Source: Tubiluchus corallicola
Lineage: Eukaryota > Animalia > Priapulida
DNA: 64,000 nt
Assembly (NCBI GenBank): GCA_030141605.1
Contig: JAQGDQ010000131.1
Location: forward strand, 372,001-436,000
Direction: 5' to 3'
The position numbers were made by a program, and so were the translations under genes. The stretch's first letter is position 1. Every line of letters starts with the position of its first letter. Of the stretch, positions 27,114 to 39,100 are shown piece by piece. Below the pieces are notes generated by a model that worked only from the letters and a program-made list of their open reading frames with translations, did not search any database and was not told the origin of the DNA.

Positions 27114-30100
27114 TCAACTTTGAAGAGGGGTAAATGCACCACCAGCAATATTGCATAACTGTTTTCGAACTAAATCAATCCGCTGATCTCTCTCAGCTGA
27201 TGAAGCGCAGTAAAATAACTGAGTTTCTACTACTTCAATGTGCGAATATATGCACTTTTCTGGCCTGCCAATTAGTTGGCTTGTTACTGTTAGCAACCAC
27301 TGGAATGACTTGTGAAAACGCAACTTTAGGTATTTGCTCCGGGTCAGTCCCTTGCTGTAGATTCGGTTATAAAAAATATACTCATGGAATGCTAGGCACG
27401 GACATGGTTGACCAGAATACTTATTATCATGTGGGTCGACTACAGAAATATCATTGTGGGCTTTGTTCTGGCTTCCTCCATCATTTGCATTGCCAAGGAC
27501 AGATGAAACTTCTCCATCTGTTTCCTTGTCAGATACGAATTGTGGTGAAATATTCTGCAGCCTGTGATGTTTTACACCCTTCTTTAGTTCTTTCAAATCT
27601 TCTTTTTTGGTTAGTAGATGAGTCCCAGAATCTACACGGCTAGAGTCTCTAATATTTTCTTTCTTTTGCTTTAGTGGGTGATACTTTTCTTTACCATCTA
27701 AATCATCTGTCTTATCAAGGACAGGGTTTTCCTTTGAAACTTCCTCGTCTGTTTCCTTGTCAGATATAAATTGTGCTGAAATATTCTGCAGCCTGTGATG
27801 TTTTGCACCTCTCTTTCGTTGTCTGAAATCATCTTTTTCTGTTAGTAGATCAGTTTCAGAATCTATGCTACTAGAGTCTCTAATATCTTCTTTCTTTTGC
27901 TTTAGCAAGTGTCGTTTTTCTCTACTGCCTGCATCATCTGTATTATCCAGGACAGTGTTTTCTTTCAAAACTTCCTCATCTGTATCACTGCTAGATACAA
28001 ATTCCGCTGAGATTCTCTTCTTGTGCTTTTTGTAGAAGAGACAGCAACTCCTATCAGGACACTGGCAACAAGGTGGTACATTCACATGAGGAATTTCAAA
28101 GTTTGTCTTATAAACATCTTCAATGTATTGAAGAGAATCTGAGGAAAAACTTCTGAGTTCTTCCTACAAAAACAAAAGCACAATAAGTGCAGATTTTATC
28201 ATTCACACAGACTGAAGCACAATACATGAATATTTAATTATCTATGCTAATCGCATATGGCATAAAAATCTGTCTAATGCAAGTTGTCTAATGCAACTGT
28301 CTCAGACAAAACTTTTTCACATGTGGCAACTTTTGTGGATTCCGGGAATGAAGCAAATTGTGTCATAGGTAACCTCAGAAAACAATTACCAAGTTACACA
28401 TGATCAAAACGATTGCTTTTTATAGGACTGACCTGTTTTTTCTGAAACAAGGTTTTTGTTCAGAACTTGCAGACAAGAGCAGTATCAGTTTGTCTAAGAC
28501 AGAAAATTAAGCAGGTTTAATAAACATCTCTGTGCAACAAATTTGGTAAAACAGCATTTATTAAGCCAGCAGAGACAAGCACAGTGGACAAATTTTGCAC
28601 CGTGTGCACCCTGAATTCCATAAACAGAAATGTTGCAATTTAAAAAATGTGAAGTCTTGGGCATGTAGCACCAATAACATTATCTGTCTATCCTAATTCA
28701 CAATTTTTGATTCACACAAAGTAGTAATTTTCTGACCAATTTGTCAACTAAAAGTTGTTCTCTCAAGCTAAACTCTGTAAGAAATCTGGTGTCAACCATC
28801 CTGCATGAGAGCTACACAACAAGCCTGTCTCACTTGGGCATGCTTAGTTTTATGTCAGTTAGAGGTGCCAACATTCAATCTGACCACGGTAACTATTCCA
28901 TCAGAAATTTTGTAGTTTTTTTTACAATTTTTTTGGTTAGAAGAAATAAAACTTTAGCCCTCACGCATCAAGGACAAATTTTGTATATGTTATGACATGA
29001 AATTGTTGCAGACATCTTCCCACCATATCAGGATGCCTTGGATCACACAAGGATGTCTTCCTATCATATCAAACATGATTTATAGTTACACAATGTTAAC
29101 ACACAGTTCATTATATAGATTATTAAAAGCATCAACTAACTTTTCTAGAGTTATGTATTATTGGAATCATGTCAAATGGAGAGGTTGTTTCATACACTTC
29201 AAGGTCCCGATTCAAAGTTGGTTGGAAAATCGACATCATTGCATCTTTTTCATCTGAAATGAATGGAGTTAACATACTGGTTTTATGGCAGGACTTAACA
29301 AAACCTGATAGATTTCCTCTCAGACAACTATTTTTGTTTTTATACTCAGCTATGCTAAATTTTGTGAAATCAAGAAACTTTAATGTAAAAATTTTACTGA
29401 AAGCCAATATACTTAATTGGGGCCAATTGCAAATCAAATTGTTGATGTTATATACCAATACAAAATATTTTTTAATTAGTAAAAACAACTTCAATTAGAT
29501 AAAGTGAAGCCAGGTCGAGCCACAAGGTAAAGTGATAAAAGTGCTACAAACTCCTAAAGACTCTCCATTAACAAACTAAACAAACTACTATTCTCTTTGT
29601 GTGGTAGTTGCAATGTTTTGATGAAGAGCTACACAATATGGCAAGCATTTAAAAGCACATATAAACCGCTCCACCCATCTATTTTAGCAGCTGTAATTTA
29701 AACGAGGTGTTACAAGAAAAATTGCCTGAATTTATCAAAAAAAGCAAATTAACTTACAATAAGTTAATTGTAGTCAATGATAAAACAATTGCAAATTTGT
29801 ATAAAAAAATCATACCTCGTTTAGCATATGTAGAAATGCCAAGAGCCTCATGGAGTCGAATCAGTTCTTCTGTGTGCCGGTCTGCTAATATGCTAAAAAG
29901 AGAAAAGCAAAATCACACTCAAATTACTTGAGATTAAATAACATTGCAAGAACAAACTTTGGTAAAGCAAAAAATATGCTACAAATAAAGTAGAGTTTAA
30001 CTGTATAGACTAAACACAAGGATATAAATCAAACTGCCACACCTGCGGATTCCATCAGGCATTGCATATTTTGCCAGATCTAATCGAAGTTGTAAATCTT

Positions 30101-33100
30101 TCACCCAGTCATCCCAAACGAAGCACAATTTCGTCTCTGGGATGGTGTTTTTATTCCTTGCATAATCAGATAATTTCCTATAAACAAATCAATTAGTAAA
30201 GTCATAAGCAGCTTATTTAGATGCATACCAATCAAGGTAATTGGCAAAGGTTGGGCAAATGCCCACTTCTCCAGCTCAATATATTATAGTCAACTGCACA
30301 CTTAGAAACGTAACAGCGAAAAAGAAACCTTGAAGCCAGGTCACATGCAACAGCAACAAAATAGTAAGAGTACTAACCAGGGGGGTAAGCCAAGTTCTAA
30401 AGTTAGGCGGAGTAAGCATATAAAAAAGGTGCCGTGACACATGAAGTAATTATATGTTTGTCTATGCCACAACCGACAGTATCAGCATGTGACAAGAATG
30501 TATTACAATTGCTTTCAATCTTTTGATAAAAACTGTGTATACGATACTAGTAATAACAAAAGCAACAACTGGCTGTGATTGAAATTTTTTTAAAGATGTA
30601 GTAACTTTTTACTCATGAGTTCTGTCAGCAGCTGGGATAATAATAATAATAATAATAATCTTTCATTTATGTTTTAACACACGCACAGTTATAACACAAT
30701 TAATTTGGTAAGAAAAATCTGAAGAAAGGGCAGCGAAAGACCAATTGGTCATCTAGTCAGCTGCCCTTTGGTTAGTGATGAATGTTTTTATAGGCGTTAT
30801 GCTACAGTGTATTAGTGTTAGTACTGCTTATAATAAAAACTAAATTGTTACGAATGACATTAAATTGATATGCTTATAACGTGTTAGTACAAGTAATAAT
30901 TTTCATTGTTGTAAGGTCAGTGATCTACTCATAATGACTGTAAATAATACTAATAATAAAAGCAATAACTAGCTGCAATTGAAATTTTTTTAAAAATGTA
31001 GTAACTTTTTGTTGATGATTTCTGTTAGCAGCTGGGATAATTCTCATTGCGATACGATCAGTGATCTACTCATAATAACTGTAAAGACTTATACGCCATT
31101 CAATGCAACCAGTAATACAAATGTTATTTAGTTAAAAATCATTATGAGAATAGGTTTAGTAAGGATGAGCAGATCTTTACTACAAATTGCGATTTTCAGA
31201 TCATCCTAACAGCTTTTATAACAAATGAACTTGAAACTTATTTTTTCAGGACTTTTAAGTGGCTTTGAGGCTTTAAAGCATTTTAGTTGCTTTTTTTAAT
31301 TCTATGCAAAATACCTGGCTTTGACGGACACAAGGCTTCTATCTTCTTGAAAACTGCTAAAGGTATCTTTTTCGTACTTATTTCTACATTATACTAGCAG
31401 TTGTGTACATGGCTAACAGACTGTTATAATCTTACCTTTCTGTTTTGTCATTCAGTCCAAACAATAACTTGAGGCTGATTATGATGACAGCTACAGTTAG
31501 TGCCTCCCAGTCTACCAACCCTTCATGCCATCTGTCTTTTACCCACATATTGGTTAAATACTTTACGTAACCATGGAGCTCACCTAAAAAAATAGAAACA
31601 GTATCAAAAGAATAGCACATATTTGATGAAAACGGTAGGCATTGATGAGTGCCTGATAAAAACTAACTGGTCAATTCTACAAGCTTCAAAGGCAGTTTGA
31701 AAAAATAAATTTAGCGGACAAGAAATTTTTTGAAATAAAAATGTTTGTGATAGCAAGCAAGAAACTACCACAGCAACAAGAATTCGTGTTTTACTTGTAT
31801 GCCAGCAGCCCAGAAAAATGAAATTAAACTTATTCATAAATAGTGCACTTTATTTTTAGGAAGCTTATGATTTTTCCACAATCAATTTTCAAATTTTTAC
31901 AAAACGGAAATAGGACAGCTAGCTTATTTCTTAATAGAATTGAATTTTCGAGTTTTATATAATGCTACACACAATGAATACTATAAAGTAAGGTTACAAA
32001 TGCCAGCTTGATATTTTTTTGCGATACACGAAATGAAAAGGCACCTTATTAAGCAGGAAGAGACTGACCTGGTAGGTTTAGGTTGAAAAGAAATCGGCTA
32101 CAAATATTAGACAGTGTTACTGGCGGAAAGGGCTTCGTCTCCCATAAATCCAAATATCTACCCAGTTTGACTGCATCACAAAGAATTAGAGATACAAGTG
32201 GAAGTGCCTGAAAATGAAAGCAAGTAAATTGGTCACTGGCTAACATAACACATAGTTAACTAATTGCATAAGCAAATAACAAGAACAAACAACGCCAAAA
32301 TGCTTTTTTAATGTATTACTTAATATTTATGCAGGCTGGTTTCCTGAGCTAAAATTATAAGTTATGACATCAGCTATTTCCCTTACATAATACACAACAG
32401 AATCAATCACTACTTAAAATGATTTAGTTTGTATAGCTGAAATTCTCAAACTTTCATATAAAAGAAGACCGAAGTCTGTAACAGTCCCAAATATTTTTTT
32501 CTAATTCCAAATGAATTAAGGTTCTATACTGCTAAATAAATACATCTACAATCCACATGTGTTAGAAAGTCTTGTAAATATATGTTTTCTCAAAAGTCAC
32601 TCTATACACTTGGATTTCTAATTTCCTTTTTAAATTTTTCTCTAATCTCAACAAGCCTTTGCCAATCCTTTTAATTTATGTTTTGACTAGAACCCAGTCG
32701 GACCACACCATTCTCTCACTAAAACATTATAGTTTTACAGCAAGGTGCACTCCCTCCTCACCAAACATGGGTTGTGAGAGACTTTCACAATGCAAGATAC
32801 AATGTTCGCCATTGGATTAGTGTCTGAGGCAATTGAGGTTCCTGAAGAAGGTAGAAAACAAAATCTCCTAGTGCAGCAGTTCTTTTCAGGTTTTTGTCTA
32901 ATTTCACTAAAATAATTGTCCAACGTTTTAATTCCGCAGTGCCAATTTTCAAACATTTTGGTTTGTTTGTTAAAAAAATAAAGTATGTAGTGACCTCTGA
33001 TACACCCTGCATAACAAAACGTGCAACAGACTTAACCTCTATCTGTGCAATAGCAAAATATATAGTTTCTAAAGCGGAATGCATAAGACACGGTAGACAA

Positions 33101-36100
33101 AAAACAAGTTTGTAAAAGTTTCAGCATATTAACTGGCTAGGTAAAGGCAATTTTAGTTAGCATAGTTATGACTCAGTTATGAGATCACTAGTAGAAAAGC
33201 TGAATTCATAAAAATACTATTGCTATAATGCATAAGTTGAGAAAAAACAAATTGTAGTTTTACTGTAATAGTTTATTAACAAACTAATTATTATAGTGAC
33301 TATCTATGACTCATGCTGAGAGTTAGCCTAAAAATTATTACTTACTAAGCAAATGCCAAGCCACAATATTGGGATTAGTATTAAAGACTTTCTTAAAGGC
33401 TTCAGCATCAGCAAAAACTGGAAAACCAAAACATTAATAAATTATATTTTTAAATAATAATCATACCCATGTATCTCCAAAACGAAACCTTGCAGCACAC
33501 GGCAGGTAGGTGCTAATTATGGGCACTGAAGGTTCAATATTAATGTAAGGAACAGCACCCGATGTTATCCACCTAAAATAGAAAAAACTTTCCTTTCCAG
33601 TTTCTTCGAGATTGCCCTGCAAGTCACGACAAAAACACCAGTCCTCATTATTAACAATAGCAAAAGAAGGCCAAACGGTTTAATTCAAAATCAAAGTTAG
33701 TATTGGCAGAGTTAGCAAGCATGTGAATAAGTGATAGCAAAAAAATAAAATAAAAAGCCTAGTGCTTATATGGACTGTAACCTGCAATTAAAAAAAGAAT
33801 GTTCCAGCTAAAAACAACAAACTTTGTTCTAGTGCTACAGCAATTAAAATTAAAATTAAATGGTCATAAGAATTTGGAATTAAAGGTCTTAAAGCTGCCA
33901 CAAATTTTTACAAGTATGTTGACCACAACTTAAATAACTTTTTATAAATAAATGTTCAAAACCCTCAAGACCAAATTATTACAGACATGTTATAATGACT
34001 TCACTTGATGACAGGAACAGTTGCATAAGTGATATGTACAGAAGAGTACAATACAAGACAGAACAGGACAAGGCAAAACAAAAGACACAAAGGAACAAAG
34101 CAAGGCAGGAGTAGGATATGGTGGATATCAGTTCAGGATAGGAGGGACACAAAAATGTTAATGCAAGAAATTGACTAGACAGGAACAAGAAAGCTAAACA
34201 TATCAGAAATCCCCTTTTAAAACAGGTAGCAGTGCACAACACACATCAGGAACTTGCAACAGCTAATTCCTAAACTCACATACATGTATCAATTCATTTC
34301 TTTTAACGGAGCAAACAAATAGTCACAAAATCACATTTACCTGAAAATATCAGACAACAAAACAGGTAGATCCAAGTACAGCAGCGAAAGGTAAAGAAAA
34401 GAAAGTGAATGTCGCAGCCTCAGTACATCACCGGCACTAGCACGATACTTCGGGGTCTGCAGGAAAAAACTGCCTCTTTACTAGTTAACTAGTAGAATGT
34501 CAAAAACTATGATAAAATTCTGCTTTCGTGACAGGTTTTACTTCGTAAATTCAGATAAAAAATGTTTTGCAAAATAGTTAAAACATCTACATAAGCACTG
34601 TTGATTTAACATTAAAGGATTTGAAAAATGTCTGAAAATCATTTCTGCTGCCAGATTTGGTATCAAAATAAGCATCTAAAATACTGGAATGCAAAAAAAC
34701 CCTGCAGGGCGAGCTTACAGCTCTCCCACGATACCCTTAGCTAGATCTTCTTATTTTGGACATTAGCAAGTCGGAACAAATGACGATGCCAAGTCAAATG
34801 AGTATCTAACACTACCTTACGCAGTGGGAAGTGAGCGCTTTAAAGTCACAGTCTAAATATTTCAATGAATTAACTTAGATTAACATTATGCCATTACTCA
34901 GATATGAAATCTAAAGGGTACCTTATAAGGAGTCTGTGCTTCTGGAAGACTCTGATCTGGACTGTGAGATGTACAAGACAATGTATTTACTTTCTGAAAA
35001 TAAAAGATAGCCTATAGATGCATTGACACTCTGATAATATGTGCTAAATAAACAGTCCAAACAGAGAAAACAAACACAGAGGCAGACGAATCATGAAAAC
35101 AAAGGAAGTATTACTCACTAATGAGACTAAAACAATGCGTAGAACAGGCAGTAATGCAAAATAGGAATGAGGAGAAGTGAAAAAAAAGAAACGCCATGGT
35201 GACTACCTTGATTTTAAAATACACGAAAAGGAATTGCTAACCTTTGAGGGAGTTTTGGTTCTTTTTTCTTTCTTCTCGGAAGTTGCACTCTTGCTTCCAT
35301 CTGGTCTACTTGAAGACACCTTTAAATCCAAAATGTCTTCAGATTCTTGACAACCAGGTGATCTTATCATGGCAGGTCCACCTTGGCTTTCGCAAAGTAT
35401 AGTTTGAACGGGGTCTTGAGATTCGGAAATCTCCACTGAGTCACAGTGGCGAGTTTTAGATGAGTCCGGGCAATGTGGAGAATCATACTGTCCAATTGCT
35501 ACAGCATCAGCAGTATATTGTGACTCCTCATTCCAAACTGCTGTATCTTCAAACAACTGCATAGAACTTGACAGAGACAATGAACCATTTGGAGACAACT
35601 GTTCTAGTATTTCGTTCGTGTGGTTATCATTCGAGGCTGGCATATCATTTTTGGAAAAACTCTGACTGGCAAACGTGCTTTCACTAGGCTGCAAAAAAAC
35701 ATCAATTTAGACGTTCAGTAATAATGTTCAAAAAATATTGTAGCAAATTCCATCATCTCAGTAAAAAAAAGAACGTCAGACAAAACTGTTTGGTAGCTCA
35801 ACCACTACAACAACCAGAGGTTAGACAATTAAGTGAGAATTTTAAATTTTAAAGTTTTATACTAGTATACTTAGGAAAAATAATGACAAGCAAATTTATC
35901 ATTGTTAGTTATAAGTGTTGCTAATAAATGGACAAGACTGCATGCATAGGAACTACTTACCACTGGCATGTCATCTTCAGTTCGTTTCCTCTTCTTCTGT
36001 CGCTTTCTTAAAACAAAAACTTGTTTAAGAAATATCATTCAAGATTGTTAAATGAAAAAAATGTCATGCAATTCTGCAATCGTCACTTCGATAAGACTTC

Positions 36101-39100
36101 ACAAAAAATGAGAGACAAAATGTAGGATTTGCATCTGACGATATGGCGGTAAACTGTTGTCTTTCTTAATAGTAATGCTATGTGAGGCATTAAAATGTAC
36201 CTCAGTGCAAGTGTCTATCATTATGGATTTATTGAAGAACTCATCAATGTTATACTTAAATTACAAAAAACTCTTCACTTATATAAAGCTTAAAAAATGG
36301 TCTTGAAATTTTATACCACTTTCACGCACTTTTATTGCACACAAAGCTTGCATTAGCAGTAATGCTGTATAAAACTTGAGAATTTAAACTCCTACGATGA
36401 CCATCAGGAACACCCATTTTGATAGTAAGTCATTTGAAACAAGTTTAAATAACATTACGTAAAATTTGAAAAAACAATCAGAGCATTCATAGCGCATTCT
36501 TCACTAACTAAGCAAAAATTTAAATTACTCTATCTTGTCAATAAAATTAAACTTAGTTTTTTGGTGAATGAGTGATGCACACCGGGAAAGTGAGTCAGCC
36601 AGTTTTACCAAATGGCACAAACAATTTAACCCTTTCAGTCCCAAATTATTTTTTTAATAAGGAAAATTTTTGGCTTGGTACTTTTGTTCAGTATGTCCAT
36701 CTTGTTTACACATAATAACTTTTTTTCTACCTGTGCCCGCGTGCTAAATATAGCCTGTATCCCACGGGATACATTGAGATTCAATGGAAGAATAAAATCT
36801 GCTTCAGTTTGCAACTGCTGATAATTTTTTAAAGTATTTAAGACATTTAGTATGCATGCTAGGTTGATCTCTACAAAGTGTCTCTAAAGTAGAGAGCTAC
36901 GTAGATTTTTTAGTTTGCCATTTAATCACCATTTTTAGTCTATTGTTATTGGCTTAAATCAAAATAACTATTAACAGATCAAATAACTGTCAGTTTTAAA
37001 ATTTTATTAATTTTAAAGGCAGAAAATATTATCGTATCCCACGGGATACAACAGGTTAAATTATTAAGAATTTCCTTTTCTCGCTACAAAGTCTTTCAAG
37101 AACGTAAGTGTAATACTAAGTAATATAACTCGGCATGGAAACTTTTTGGGGGCATAGTTTAACATTGCCTTTTCTTCCCCTTTAAATAATAACATTTTTA
37201 ATTTTTCATTTCAATCAGGAAACTCCATCTAGATACCTATCAGACTCTACAGCAAAGGCAAATCTATATGTTTACATTTTTATAAGTTGGAAATTTACAT
37301 TTACTGTTCTAGTGACAAATTACTTAAAGGCAAACAGTGGAAAAATGGCATGAATAGTACACAGTTCATGAACTAAATATAATTCCACTGATAGAATTGC
37401 TGAATTATTCTGAATTATTCAAAACAGGTAAAAATACAAGTTTCAATATAACTCCTTTCTTGTGACTTATTTAAAGTATATACAATTCAAATACTTTCTC
37501 GTATTAAGTTTTTGCTATTCATAATCAGATTGAACTCTCATGAAACAGATACCTGAATCGAGGTTGCGAACTTAGCGGTTTAGATGGCTGTCCAAAATCA
37601 ACTGGAGAAACACCCTGCTTTTGAAGAAATGACGTCCAAAGTTCAAGAACTACATCCTGCAAATGAAAATACTTTTATAGTTATAATGTTACAAGCACAA
37701 ACAAAAATGCAATCCTTAAAAACCCTAACGCATCACAATTAATTAATTTTAAGAAAGCACTTTAATTCTTAAAGTAGCAGTGTATCTGATCGACAAAAGT
37801 TTACGCAAAGTTGAATTCAAATAATTTTTGAAACTTATCCCTCAATAGCTGTCACAACAACAAAGTACTGAGGCCCTACGATAACACAGACTAATTCTTG
37901 ATGAGATTTTTATTCATATTCGCAGAGACCTCCACAGAAATTAGCAATTTCTTAGTAACAAATCAGAAAAACTGTATTTCTGGATTTACGAAATGTTGTT
38001 ATTTTATTTACTGGAAGCCATATCGAATACAACTTTTTGCACCTTAAACGCCATTTATTTCAAGTAATGGTAATATATTTATATTTTGCAGTTTCGAACT
38101 GTTACAAGAGTCTGAACAATTCAAATGGAACTCAGTCAAAAGGCAGACACTGCAAATTACGAGAAAACACCAAAACAAGGTTGCAAACCTAGCAAGAGAA
38201 CAACACAGACAATGCTGTATGCCTTTTAATGGAATCTTATAAAGAGATCACTTGTCAGATTAATTATTATTACACAAACAAATGATTAGTGAAATCAGTA
38301 AACTGCCAGACCTTTAGCTGTTCCGGTGCTCCTTGTTTAAGTAAACAATCTACTTGTGTCCTTAAAACGGCATCAAATGCTTCATATATGTTGAAAGGCT
38401 TTTTCCCTGAACAGCACAAAGACTTTTGTAAGAAAAACCAAAACAAATAAAAGTTTATGAAGTCAATGGTGTTGAATGCCATAAAACATGTTATTTGCAC
38501 AGCAGCTGCACACTACTTTGCCTTTTCAAAAATAAGGCTTCAAATCATGACAGTGGTAGCTGCACTGTAATCTGCTGTCCTCTGCTAAAATTTGTTTCTA
38601 CTGTTGTCATTGCTGAGCACTGATTTAACACTATTGTTTGTTTCGCATTAGAGGCACAAGCACATATTTAAAGGAAGAACCAACCTCGACAACATTTATT
38701 GCATTTTAATGTACAATTAAAAATGTTGAAATCACAATACAAAATTTGTGTATAGAATGCTCTGCTTAAAAATGTAAAAATATTTAAATATTTCTGATTG
38801 CCCGCCAAACGAATGTTAATGTCGGCACATTTGAAAAAAATGATGTAAGGTGGTGTATGCTGGGCAGCGTGAATGCCGTGAAGGTAAGCTCTGTGAAGGT
38901 ACGCGTTACAAAATTTCTATAGTTTCCTTAGAAGTTCTGTTATTCCGTTACACCTTAAAATGTGTAAGCAATTAACATTAATTGTCTAAATAATTAATTT
39001 ACAGATTTTTGTGGAAATTTTAGGTGTGCTTGTACACTTGCCGGCACGTAGTAGGTGCCGGGCTGGTTACTTAATTTATAGAGTTTGCTCTATAAGTTAA

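Noticed and set aside
27134-27643. 169-aa + strand ORF
   Set aside because: Antisense shadow of the TAF1B last exon.
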